From assembly GCA_038824715.1 (NCBI GenBank), contig JAWBPP010000002.1, positions 1 through 40,257 of the forward strand: a stretch of 40,257 bases of DNA, read 5' to 3'. Below are positions 22,997-32,900 of this stretch, piece after piece; position 1 is the stretch's first letter, and each line of letters starts with the position of its first letter. Source of the stretch: Candidatus Anstonellaceae archaeon. Its GTDB lineage: Archaea > Micrarchaeota > Micrarchaeia > Anstonellales > Anstonellaceae. A program made the position numbers and the translations under genes. The notes under the pieces were generated by a model. The model had not been told where the DNA came from. It did no database searches and saw only the letters and a program-made list of their open reading frames with translations.

Positions 22997-24709
22997 TTAT
23001 GCAATAGGGAACAGCCCGGCTGAAGCTGCTGCGAAGAGCATTTGCGAAAGGGGCGCGATTGCCGCAAAGTAAAGCACCGATTTTTTCGGGTCGGACTCGA
23101 GAAAGCCGAGAGCAGAGGAAGACAGGGCTGCGCAGATGAGGAGGTAGAATTGCGCTGCTGGGAGAAGAATTGTAATGGGCGCATCGGACTGCTGGCTCGG
23201 ACTGCCACCCTCTTGAAACGCCATCGCTGGAACAGACGAAACCAGCGTGCCCAGAATCATAGGCACGAGGATTGCGGAGGATGCGAATATCGTGTAGCGC
23301 TGCAGGGCAAGCGATGCCGAGCGCTCGCGGAGCAGCGCGAAGAACGAGGCAATGTCCTGTGCCGTCTCGCGCAGAGCAGTATGCATGTCCGCTCCCGACT
23401 GGTAGGCCACGATTAGAAGGGAAAACGCCCGCTCAGCAAGCTGAGAGGGAAATTCTGCAATGGCAGCCCTCATGGAGCGCTCGAATGAGTCCCCTGCTTT
23501 TTGCCTGCGCAATGCGACTGCGAAGGCGGAAGACAGCCGCCCGAAACCGCCAGCCGCAAGCGAAGAGAGCATTTTTTCTGGAGAGAGGATTTTGTGCACT
23601 GCGGCTGCGCTGTAAAGGGCGTCTGGAAGGAAGCTTTCTGCTGCCGAAATTTCCCTTTGCGCAGCATAAAGCGCGCCGAAATAGAGTATTGGGCCGATGC
23701 ATAACGAAAGAAGAGCAAATGCGATTTGGCTGGAAAGGAAGAAAAGCGCGAATGCAAAGAGCGAAGCCCCTGCTGCAAATAAGACGAAAATTCGATAAGA
23801 AAACGGGAGCTTGGCCCTTGAAAAGTAATTGGAGAGCAATTGCCGCTCAGGCGGCTGTTGGTTTTTGGAAGAAGGGAGAAGAAGGTAAATTGCAAGCAGG
23901 ACTGCGAGGTTGAGAAGCGGGAAGACAAATGCGAATGCAAGCCATATTTGCCAGCCTTTCATCTGCTCGCCTGAAACGAATGGCGATACCGCAGCATATA
24001 TGCTGAAAAATGACGGGATGAGAGCTGAAACCGCGATGAAAATTATCGCAAGCACGGAAAATCTTCCTCCTTGCGTGCGCACTGAGGAAAGCTGCGATGC
24101 TGAAAGCTCCTCAGCCGCACGCTTGAGCGAATCCACGCCTGCCCCAGTCTCGTAGATCGAGGCAAGAAGGAAAATGCAGCGCTTGAGCGCAAGCGAGCGG
24201 CTGCTTTTGGAAATTGCAAGCAGGCCGGATTGAACGCTTGCGCCTGATTTTGCCTGCTTGAAGGCAATCGCAAAATCCTGCGAGAGGGAATAGTTCCTTC
24301 CAGCGATTTTTTCCATGCATTTTTCGAACGGCACGCCAATCTGCAGATAGACTGCGAACTCGCGCAAGAGAATTGGGAGCTCGGATTCGATTTCAAGCGC
24401 ACGGCGATAGGCAAGAAATCTGGGAAAATTGAGAAAGAAAAGGAGAAGGACGCCAAGTGCGAAGAGAGACAGTACGAATGCGTCTGTTGCTGCCAGTGCT
24501 CCTGCTAGGGAGAGAACTGCGAACAGAAGAAGCGAGCCTGCAACTGAAAGAATGAGCGAGCCTGACAGGTATTTGGAGGCGTTTGCCTCTGGAATGCCTG
24601 CTTGCAAGAGGGCGAGCCCTGTTTTCTCATATTGCTTTGGTGAAAAAAACTTGGCGCCAAATGAGAGGGAGCAGGTAGCAGCAATGAGACTGCCTCCTGT
24701 TGCCATCAC
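22997..24709 (-). CDS. FlaJ/TadC-like polytopic platform protein of an archaeal type IV pilus/archaellum-type machinery
   Basis: The 570-aa product has many TM helices and two T2SS-F-like repeats. It overlaps the upstream ATPase gene by 4 nt. Confidence 0.75.
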   Translation of the reverse strand: MMATGGSLIAATCSLSFGAKFFSPKQYEKTGLALLQAGIPEANASKYLSGSLILSVAGSLLLFAVLSLAGALAATDAFVLSLFALGVLLLFFLNFPRFLAYRRALEIESELPILLREFAVYLQIGVPFEKCMEKIAGRNYSLSQDFAIAFKQAKSGASVQSGLLAISKSSRSLALKRCIFLLASIYETGAGVDSLKRAAEELSASQLSSVRTQGGRFSVLAIIFIAVSALIPSFFSIYAAVSPFVSGEQMKGWQIWLAFAFVFPLLNLAVLLAIYLLLPSSKNQQPPERQLLSNYFSRAKLPFSYRIFVLFAAGASLFAFALFFLSSQIAFALLSLCIGPILYFGALYAAQREISAAESFLPDALYSAAAVHKILSPEKMLSSLAAGGFGRLSSAFAVALRRQKAGDSFERSMRAAIAEFPSQLAERAFSLLIVAYQSGADMHTALRETAQDIASFFALLRERSASLALQRYTIFASSAILVPMILGTLVSSVPAMAFQEGGSPSQQSDAPITILLPAAQFYLLICAALSSSALGFLESDPKKSVLYFAAIAPLSQMLFAAASAGLFPIA

Positions 24710-26067
24710 AACACCCCCTTGCCGAAGCAGAACTTCTGTATTTCATCAAAAGCTCGCGTAAATGGCATTCCGGCTTTCTTTCCCCGCAGGAATTTTTCGC
24801 GGAGGGAAAGCTCGCGGGAAATTTGCGATGGGGAGAGGCCTGAGCCTGCTGAGATTTTTCCGAACAGCGAAGAGAGCGCGGGACTGGAGAACGAAGTTCC
24901 ATTGAAGATTGTCCTTGGATGCAGCGCATCGCTTCGGGAGGATACGGCAATTTCCGTAAGTTTTCTTTCCTCCCCTATCTTGCGCCTGCGCGAATCGTAT
25001 GTTGAGACCCTCCGCTGCACCACAACCAGGTCGATTCCTTCCAAATCAGATTCAAGGCAGCCCATCATGCGCATGCGAAGAAGTGCATCGCGGGCAGACT
25101 GCGCGTGGAAAGTTGCATAGCATCCCTTTGCCTGCCCTGAAAGCGCTGACTCTGCAAAAGCCTGCGCTTCCTCTGCAGTGCGGACCTCGCCTATCACCAC
25201 GCGGTCAGGCCTCATGCGCAGCGAGTCGCGCACCAGCTCCACCATGCCGATTTTCGATTCTTCGAATGGGAGCAGACGGATTTGGTGCGGATGGGGAATT
25301 GATATTTCGGGCGTTTCCTCTATGAGAAGGATTCGCTCCGAGGCAGGAACGAACGATAGCATTGCGTTGAGAGTGGAGGTTTTCCCGCTTGCGGTGTTGC
25401 CTGTGAATATTACCGAGAGGTCGGATTGCATGGCAAGCGAGAGGAGCGCAAGCGATTTTGCCTCGAATGTTTTCGAGGAGAAAAGCCGGAATGGGGAGAA
25501 TGGCTCTGCGCCGAATTTCCTGATGGTAAGCTCGCATCCGGAGACAGGAGGCATGGAGGCGTGCAGCCGCGAGCCATCCTCAAGCACAGCGTTGATACGA
25601 GGCTGCTGTGCAGTTAGGCGCCTTCCGAGGTTCCTGCCCATCCGGTTGACAAGGGAGACAAAATAATCCTGGCTGTCTATGCAGACATTCGTCTTGAGCC
25701 AGCCTTTGCCCCGCACGAAAATATAGACAGGAAGCCCAAGCCCGATCACTGCTATTTCCTCAAGGGAATTGTCAGAGAGAAGCTGCTGGAAAAATCCGAG
25801 CCCGAATGTTTGCATATAGGCGGCTTGCAATAAGTATGAGGACTGGTCGGCATCAAGTTCTATTCCCTGTTGGTCGCAGCACGAGGACAGCAGCCTCTCG
25901 ATTAGTTTACGCGCTTCCTCTTCACTTTGCACGTCTTTTCTCTGCGCCGCGTCCCTGAATGCTTCAGAGACATCGGAAACAAGCTGCGATTCTTCTGAGG
26001 AAAGATGGGGCACGCTCAGCTTGTAGTCGGCTTTCCAATTGCCGGTTTTCCAGCCAAGCGACTGCAT
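24706..26067 (-). CDS. FlaI/VirB11/GspE-family secretion ATPase
   Basis: Walker A GNTASGKTSTLNA, ILLIEETPEI, and RMRPDRVVIGEVRTAEEA. Confidence 0.85.
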   Translation of the reverse strand: MQSLGWKTGNWKADYKLSVPHLSSEESQLVSDVSEAFRDAAQRKDVQSEEEARKLIERLLSSCCDQQGIELDADQSSYLLQAAYMQTFGLGFFQQLLSDNSLEEIAVIGLGLPVYIFVRGKGWLKTNVCIDSQDYFVSLVNRMGRNLGRRLTAQQPRINAVLEDGSRLHASMPPVSGCELTIRKFGAEPFSPFRLFSSKTFEAKSLALLSLAMQSDLSVIFTGNTASGKTSTLNAMLSFVPASERILLIEETPEISIPHPHQIRLLPFEESKIGMVELVRDSLRMRPDRVVIGEVRTAEEAQAFAESALSGQAKGCYATFHAQSARDALLRMRMMGCLESDLEGIDLVVVQRRVSTYDSRRRKIGEERKLTEIAVSSRSDALHPRTIFNGTSFSSPALSSLFGKISAGSGLSPSQISRELSLREKFLRGKKAGMPFTRAFDEIQKFCFGKGVL

Positions 26068-26086
26068 GTGTAAGCGCCTTCATAGG

Positions 26087-26452
26087 CTACTTCGCACTAT
26101 TCCAATTCATTTTGTCCTCTTCTTCAATGGCAAGCTTGCGAGTCATTTCAGATGGCAATTCCAGCAAGTATTTTGCTTTTTTCTTAGGTGTGACCAGTGG
26201 CGTGCCGGGAGGGATGCCCCGGAATATTTCAGTAACGGCCTTATCGACGGACAGATAGACTGCATCGAACTTGCCTTTCACGAAGTAGGAATGTATCGGG
26301 AAGATGCCTTCTGAATCGAAGATGAAAAGCATTGGGATTACTTTTTTGCGGAACATCAGGCCGCGCATGCGGGAAAGCTCGCTGTCGGCTATTTCAACAT
26401 CAGCACGGAGGGATTTCTTCTTCGAGATGTTGGAAAGCTTCATGCCCACCAC
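26087..26452 (-). CDS. DUF192-like small protein
   Basis: The 121-aa product has ...RMRGLMFRKKVIPMLFIF...FPIHSYFVKGKFDAVYL, resembling COG1430/DUF192. Confidence 0.5.
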   Translation of the reverse strand: MVGMKLSNISKKKSLRADVEIADSELSRMRGLMFRKKVIPMLFIFDSEGIFPIHSYFVKGKFDAVYLSVDKAVTEIFRGIPPGTPLVTPKKKAKYLLELPSEMTRKLAIEEEDKMNWNSAK

Positions 26453-26458
26453 GCAATC

Positions 26459-27130
26459 TTATCTCCCATATCTCCTTTTCCTCTTTGAATAATCCGCAAG
26501 CGCGCGTCTGAACTCTTTTTCGTCGAAATCTGGCCAGAGCTTTTTTGAGAAATAAAATTCGGAATATGCAGACTGCCATGGGAGAAAGCCGCTTGTGCGC
26601 ACTTCCCCAGAAGTCCTGATGACGAGGTCGGGAGAGTCTGCAAGGTATAGGAGAGAGGAGAATTTCTTTTCGTCCATTTTTTTCGCTCCAGAGCGCAGCG
26701 CAGCGTTTACTGCGTCGATTATCTCGTTCCTGCCGCCGTATGCAAGCATCAGGTTGAGGAGGTATTTGCCGTTCTTGGCAGTTTCGCGCTCGGCTTTGCG
26801 CATTTTTTCCTGCACGTCCTTCGGGAAAGATGAAATCCTGCCCAAAAAGCGCACGCGCACTCCGTGCTTTGCGTAGTCTTTCTTGAGCTCTTCGGAAAGC
26901 TTGCGGTTGAAAAGGGAGAATAGGCTGCTCACTTCGCGCTTGTCGCGCATGAAATTCTCGGTTGAAAAGCCCCACATGGTAAGCGTGGTTATGCCGTGCT
27001 TCCTGCACCATTTCAGCACGTCGCCTATGTGGTCAATCCCTATCTCGTAGGCAGAGGCAGCGTCCATGCCGTGCCTTTTTGCCCAGCGCCTGTTTCCGTC
27101 GGGTATGATTGCTATGTGCTTCGGCTTCAT
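26459..27130 (-). CDS. uppS: cis-prenyltransferase (undecaprenyl/di-trans,poly-cis-polyprenyl diphosphate synthase)
   Basis: HIAIIPDGNRRWAK, TLTMWGFSTENF, RTSGEVRTSGFLPWQSAYSEFYF. Confidence 0.9.
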   Translation of the reverse strand: MKPKHIAIIPDGNRRWAKRHGMDAASAYEIGIDHIGDVLKWCRKHGITTLTMWGFSTENFMRDKREVSSLFSLFNRKLSEELKKDYAKHGVRVRFLGRISSFPKDVQEKMRKAERETAKNGKYLLNLMLAYGGRNEIIDAVNAALRSGAKKMDEKKFSSLLYLADSPDLVIRTSGEVRTSGFLPWQSAYSEFYFSKKLWPDFDEKEFRRALADYSKRKRRYGR

Positions 27131-27156
27131 TTCCCTCCCGCACGGGCTTCTGCTGG

Positions 27157-27168
27157 AAAATATAAATT
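27157..27168 (-). promoter_or_regulatory. TATA-like box plus SD motif upstream of uppS
   Basis: The minus strand reads AATTTATATTTT about 33 nt upstream of ATG 27130. GGGAGGG lies 3 nt upstream of the ATG. Confidence 0.3.
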
Positions 27169-27244
27169 ACTGCGCCTAGGGGATTTTGCGAAAGCACCTG
27201 CAGCAGCAAGCTTCGCACAGAGAGTGGCCACGCAAAAAGCCAGC

Positions 27245-28081
27245 CTACGAGGTCCCGAATAGGACTGAGGCTATTGCGGCGAGCAGGAATCCTGCGAAGA
27301 TTGCCTTGAATATCCTTGAGGCGAGTTGTTCATCCGGGCGGGCCACTGCAATAAGGAAAAGCGCACTGCAGAAAACAAGATAGGCGTTGATTGCCGGGCT
27401 TCGTATTCCTGCGAATGCAGCAGTGGAGGCAACTGTCAAAAAGGCGAATGCGGCTGCTGCGCGCTTGCCGAAAACTGTAGAAAACGTTTTCTGCCCGGTT
27501 TTTTTGTCCGGAGAAAAATCCATGATTGTGGAAAATGCGTGCACGCCAACCACGCAAAGCGAGGCAAAGTATGCCTTGAGAGGTATGTCGGAAAACGAGC
27601 CGCCAAAGCTTACCCCAAGGCACCCAACTAGGAAAACCGCAAGCCCGTTTGATATCGAATCAAATGGCGGGCGCTCCTTGAGGCGCACTGGCGGCACCGA
27701 ATAGAAATAGGAGAAAATTAGGAGGAGGAACATTGCTGATATGTTGAATGCGCTGGCAGTCGCAAGGGAAGACATCGCGAGCAGTGCTGCGCAGGCCAAT
27801 GCCGCTTTTCTGACAATCCTCCTGTTGGCTGGCAGAAGCACAGGGCCAAAGGCTGAATTTTTCCGCTTGTTTATGCGGTCGGATTCATAATCATAGATGT
27901 CGTTGAACCCCAAAAGGAACAGGTTGTAGGGGAAGGAAAGGAGAATCGCTTGCACAATTGCAAGAGGGGTGATTGCTGCTTTGACATACTGGAGGGAAAA
28001 AAAGAAAACTAACGGGCCTATTGCCCATCCTGCTGGCCTACTCACCTGCACGAGAAGCTTGGCATCCGAAAACCAACCCAT
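27245..28081 (-). CDS. UbiA-family prenyltransferase (possible DGGGP synthase-like enzyme)
   Basis: The 278-aa polytopic protein has the FNDIYDYESDRIN (NDxxDxxxD) motif. Confidence 0.8.
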   Translation of the reverse strand: MGWFSDAKLLVQVSRPAGWAIGPLVFFFSLQYVKAAITPLAIVQAILLSFPYNLFLLGFNDIYDYESDRINKRKNSAFGPVLLPANRRIVRKAALACAALLAMSSLATASAFNISAMFLLLIFSYFYSVPPVRLKERPPFDSISNGLAVFLVGCLGVSFGGSFSDIPLKAYFASLCVVGVHAFSTIMDFSPDKKTGQKTFSTVFGKRAAAAFAFLTVASTAAFAGIRSPAINAYLVFCSALFLIAVARPDEQLASRIFKAIFAGFLLAAIASVLFGTS

Positions 28082-28085
28082 CCTA

Positions 28086-28781
28086 TCATCTTTTTGCCAG
28101 GCGGAAAAGCTTTTTCCTTAGCACGGCGTATCTTGAGAATGCGTGCACGTATTTGGGCGAGAGATTTCCTGAAAGCGTGCGCTGCGCCGAGAGGATGTTG
28201 TTTGCATCGAGTTTTTTGATGCCAGAAAATTCGACGAATGCTGCACCCACTTCGGAGGGATGGTGCGCGTCGCTTCCTGCAAGAACCGGCTTTCCGTGCG
28301 AGACCGCGAATGCGAGAGCGCGGGCATTGTGCGAAGGGACAGTGATGCGGGCGTTGAATGCCTCTATTGCATCTATTTTCGCAAGCAGGGAAGGCGCAAG
28401 CTGCTCAATTTTTATCCCGTGGCGGATGAAGTCGTACGGGTGGGCAGCGGAACAGATGGCACCTTGTTTTTTCACTTCAGCGAGAGCTTCGGCGAGTGGG
28501 CCTGGTTTGATTCTGCGCTTCAGGAAATAAGTAAGCAAATCCCCTTCGTCGGTTGAGACTTCCTCGCCCACAACCACCTGAAGCGGCAACTGTTCTTCTG
28601 CAGCAATCGTCCTTGCTTCGAATGCGCCTGAGATCTCGTCGTGGTCTGTTATCGCTATTGCAGAAAGGCCGCGCTTGACAGCAGCATCAAGGACATCCTT
28701 TGGCTTGGAGAGCGAGTCAATCGAATAGTGCGTGTGCATATGGAAGTCCGCACGGAACGCTGCGCCCTGCTTGCCCTTCAC
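28086..28781 (-). CDS. PHP-domain metal-dependent phosphoesterase
   Basis: DFHMHTHYSIDS, ITDHDE, AAHPYD, GSDAHH. A GTG start at 28781 overlaps the GGR stop (GTGA). The track's longer start would overlap GGR by 82 nt. Confidence 0.75.
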   Translation of the reverse strand: MKGKQGAAFRADFHMHTHYSIDSLSKPKDVLDAAVKRGLSAIAITDHDEISGAFEARTIAAEEQLPLQVVVGEEVSTDEGDLLTYFLKRRIKPGPLAEALAEVKKQGAICSAAHPYDFIRHGIKIEQLAPSLLAKIDAIEAFNARITVPSHNARALAFAVSHGKPVLAGSDAHHPSEVGAAFVEFSGIKKLDANNILSAQRTLSGNLSPKYVHAFSRYAVLRKKLFRLAKR

Positions 28782-29869
28782 GCCAACGCACCCGCAAGCC
28801 GCTTGGCGACAATTTCCGCATAGGAGATTGGAAGCTCTGGCGCAAGCATTTGGCTCCACCTGTCCATTTTACCCTTTTCAGAGATCAGGTCCTCGAAAAA
28901 GAGCGCCTTTGCTGCTGAAAGAAGGAGAGAGTGCGGCTCGCCCCCGCCAAAATTTAATAATGTGCGGAAGTAGCGGTGCATTGTCAGGTCAAGTCCGAAT
29001 TTATTTTTCCATTCGCGCTCGTATGCAGACGGGTTGTCGAAATTCTTTCCTGCAAGAAGGCCGCAGGAAGCGCCGAAGAATATGCCGCCGCCAGTTGTTG
29101 CCTTGACCTGGCCTGCAGCGTCTCCTGCGAGAAGGACGTTGTAGCCGCCCTTGTGCATGGCGGTTTTTTTCCGCACCGAAGTTGGAATCACTGCTGCAAA
29201 TTCGTGAGTGGGGTGGGAGGAGATGCCAAGCGAGGAGAGGAACCTCTTGTAATATTTTAGCGGGTGGTTTGGAAGAGAAACGCCAAGCCCGATTTTCGCT
29301 TCTTCCTCATTTATGGGTATCACCCAGCCGAAAAAGCCAGGGAAATTTTTCGAGGAGAGATAAACTTCCGTCTGGTGGGCGTCCTCGCATTTGTACTTGA
29401 AATCCCCCTGCATGCAGGCAACATAAGAGCCTATTTTTGGGAAACCGAAGCGACCGGCGATGAATGATGCTGGCCCGTCCGCGCCTATTATGTTCTTCGA
29501 GGCAAACCCGCCAGTGATCTTTTTGCCAAGCTCTATTTTCCCGCCTTCCTGTTCAAGCCTTGCGGCTGCAAGAGAGTCAAGGCCGCAGCGCGAGACGAGG
29601 ATTGCAATTTCGTCCTTTGGGGCTATTGTGAAGCGCTCGCCGCCGCAGATTATTTTCGCTGAAGAAATCGTGTTGAGCGTTATTTCCTTGTAATTGATGT
29701 ACTGACGAAGAGCATCCAGTCCGCTTTTCGAGACAAGGCCAGAGCATGCCTCAGGCTGCCCGATTGCCTTGTGCTCTTCTGACAGGAGGACGGAATTGCC
29801 CTGCATGCAAGCAGCTATGCCGGCAAAGCAGCCAGCAGGCCCGCCCCCCACGATATGGACATCGGCCAT
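28778..29869 (-). CDS. Geranylgeranyl reductase family FAD-dependent oxidoreductase
   Basis: MADVHIVGGGPAGCFAG (GxGxxG), LLAGDAAGQVKATTGGGI. ATG 29869 is preferred. Confidence 0.85.
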   Translation of the reverse strand: MADVHIVGGGPAGCFAGIAACMQGNSVLLSEEHKAIGQPEACSGLVSKSGLDALRQYINYKEITLNTISSAKIICGGERFTIAPKDEIAILVSRCGLDSLAAARLEQEGGKIELGKKITGGFASKNIIGADGPASFIAGRFGFPKIGSYVACMQGDFKYKCEDAHQTEVYLSSKNFPGFFGWVIPINEEEAKIGLGVSLPNHPLKYYKRFLSSLGISSHPTHEFAAVIPTSVRKKTAMHKGGYNVLLAGDAAGQVKATTGGGIFFGASCGLLAGKNFDNPSAYEREWKNKFGLDLTMHRYFRTLLNFGGGEPHSLLLSAAKALFFEDLISEKGKMDRWSQMLAPELPISYAEIVAKRLAGALA

Positions 29870-29893
29870 GCAGCCTGGATTTCCTATGGCAGC

Positions 29894-29904
29894 TTTATAT
29901 ATTT
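29894..29904. promoter_or_regulatory. Near-palindromic TATA element in the 66-nt divergent GGR/aglB spacer
   Basis: TTTATATATTT lies about 30 nt from the GGR ATG (29869) and about 37 nt from the aglB ATG (29936). The aglB ATG is preceded by GGAGGT. Confidence 0.35.
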
Positions 29905-29935
29905 GGCGCAATACGAAATGGCGGGAGGTAAGAGG

Positions 29936-32900
29936 ATGGTTGCGTTCACTTTTGACCCGCTATATCACTCGCTTTTGGTTTTCCTTTCCGCAATGATACC
30001 TGGAATTGCACTCGGATGGCCATTCTTGAAGAAGAGCGAACTTTCTGTTCTTGAGAAGCTTTTGTTGTGTTTTTTCATCGGGCTGATCGTGCCGCCTTCC
30101 CTATTGATTGTGGAAAATATAGTCGGGCTGAAGTTCTCTTTTGCTCTTGTTATTGCAAACCTGCTGCTTGTCACTGGAGCAGGAATAGTTTATGGAATCC
30201 GCGAGGGTGCGTTTTCCTTTTCCATGCCAAAGCCGGACTTTGACAGCATGCTGAGTTTGGAGTTTGCAAAAAAGCATGCGGCAACTTTTTTCCTGCTTCT
30301 TGCCGTCCTGCTTTCATTCTGGATACGCATACAGTCGTACAGCCCGATTTACTCTGAGCTTGACCCGTATTTCTATGTATATGGGAGCGGGCAGTTGATA
30401 CGGCTAGGGACCAATCCGGTGAGAGAGGACACTGCATGGTGGCCTGAGGTGACGACTGCCGATCACCGTGGATTTCCATCCCTTAAGATGTATACTGAAG
30501 CGCAGTGGTATTCACTATATACAAAAGGGGGCGAATACAACAACTACTTAATGTTTGTGACTTCTTCCTGGCTGCCCCCTATTTCTGCAGCGCTGTTGGC
30601 ATTAGGAGCGTATTTGCTCTTTTCAGCCATGTACGGAAAACGTTATGGAGTATTGGCGGCGTTTCTAGCGGCATTCTTGCCAGTCACCATATTCAAGATG
30701 TCTGCCGGAGTGAACGAGGCTGCGCCGTTTGGCATGGCATCGATATTCCTTGTTTTTGGAATATACTCGCTGGCTCTTAGGAAAAAGGATCTTGCTATAG
30801 GGGCAGTTGCCGGCTTGGCGTTCATGGCTGCAGTGCTTGGAACGAACTACGAATCCGTTCTTGCTATCCCTGCAGCTGCTTTCATAGTGCTGCAGGCCGC
30901 AGATTACTTTGTGAGGGAGAAGAAAAATGGGATTTTCCTAAATACCAGCCTGCTGCTTGTTGCAGGGCTGGCAGCTGGAACGTTCATCGAAGGGATTTAT
31001 GCTCGCTGGCTCGATGGGGCACTTGATATATTTGCTGCAGATCGGCTCCCAGTTCTGGCTGCAATTGCACTCGCTTACGGCCTTGCGAACGTGGAGAGAT
31101 TTGCAAATGTAACCAACCAGCAGCGCAAAGTTGCCATTGCAGCATGTGCCGCAATATGCCTGGCAGTCCTTCTAGTGCCCAATCCCATCGGGAACTACGC
31201 AAAAACCTATGTAAAAAATTACATAGGAGCAGCAGATTTCAACTTCCCACTCCAGCGCACCATCGCGGAGCAGAACGTGGCGGGGGCAATTTTTGAAGGA
31301 GAAGGCGGCTTTTTGGCATTCGTACCCGCGGCTCACGAGATAGCTGCGCCGAAGGACCTGAAGGAAAGCGCCTGGAATCTTTTGGATGCCGTACTTGGCG
31401 CAGTCGCCGCAGTTTTCTCATACATTGGCAATGCAGCCATAGGCCTTGTAAGCGCGACATCCAACATGGCACTCTGGACCAACATCAATACTGTGCCGAA
31501 AGCCGACTCATTACTTTTCTTTTTTGTCGAGGTTGCAAGCATCGGGATTGTGGCAAGGCATTTTGCAAGAAAAGGAGAAGGGAGAGAAGAACCGAATACT
31601 GGAATGCTGGTGCTCCTGCTCGCCCTGCCGATACTTTACATAGGCCTTAACAAGATAAAATTCACCATTTTCGTTGGCCTAGCACTCTTGCTTGCAGCAG
31701 TAGCCGCGGTAGCCGAGCTTGAGAAAGCGCTGCTTTGGCTTGCGCGCAAGGCGAAACTGCACGAGCACATTGAGCGGCGCATAAGGGCTGCTTTCATTGT
31801 GGCAATAATGCTGCTTGCCTATGCACAAGTGACTACCCCCTCCTCCTACCCAGTGATGATACTCAAAAAATCATTCGAGCCTCGCTATCAGGACAATCCT
31901 GCCGCACTGATGCCAAAACTTGCAAGCACCTGCGAATCACTGCGCGCGCTTGGTTATTACGATGCGGAAATTTGCGCTGCAGGCTACAATGCGAGCTTTG
32001 CAGACAGCATCAATAGCCAGTTTGATTCAAAGGTTTGCCTTGTTTCGCAGCTTTCCATGAAAGAACTTGTGCCGGGCCAAAGCGTAGAAGAGCAGCAAAT
32101 CTCATCTGAAGCTAAGGCAGGGGCGTCTTTCAGGTGCAACCGCCTGGCAGATTACTGGATAGACAGCATGGAATGGATAAACAAAAATTTGCAACCTGAA
32201 GACCGCGTAACTTCTTGGTGGGATTATGGCCACTGGATAAATTACTTTGGCGACCGCAAAACCGTGCTGCGCAACGAGCACGCGTCTACCGGAATGATAG
32301 GGCGCGTGGCGCACGACTACATAGATGGCACTACGCAACAACTCATAGATTCAATGAACTACTTTGACAGCCGCTACGTGCTTTTCGACGTAGAGCTTAT
32401 CGGTGGCAGCAGCTTTGGTGGCAAGTACGGAGCGTTGAATTATCTGGCATGTGCACATGACAATGGAACATCTGTTGCTCAACCGCCAGGCACATCAGAC
32501 TGTGAATTTGAGCACAGCCCAGAAAGAGTGGCAATACCTAAGATCCGATTTCCAGGAACAGAGTGCGCCATATCCGAGTCACAGCAACGCATAGGCGTAA
32601 TCGCTTATTCTGTTAAGAAAAATGGCATAGACCAGACGAAACCAGTGTATTGCGTTGGCGAGACCACGCTTGTTAACGGAGAAAAGGTGTCGGCGACATA
32701 TTATATTGACAGGAAAGACGAAGACGGTGACTTGGTGCTTTCCAAAGGTTTCCTTAGGCAAGTGGAAGACAGCGGGCAGGTCGGAATCTACGAACTTGTG
32801 TACAACGAACTTCCGGTCTGGCCAGGGAAAAACGGGACTTTTGTTGGAGGGATGGAAGATGCCAAGACAAAATTCTACACGTCCAATCTGTACAGGGGTT

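Noticed and set aside
28782-28859. Longer start for the PHP gene (MEPNACARASNLLCGNCRQAACGCVG...).
   Set aside because: It would overlap the GGR 3' end by 82 nt with a Cys-rich, non-conserved peptide. The GTG at 28781, overlapping the GGR stop, gives a normal PHP N-terminus.
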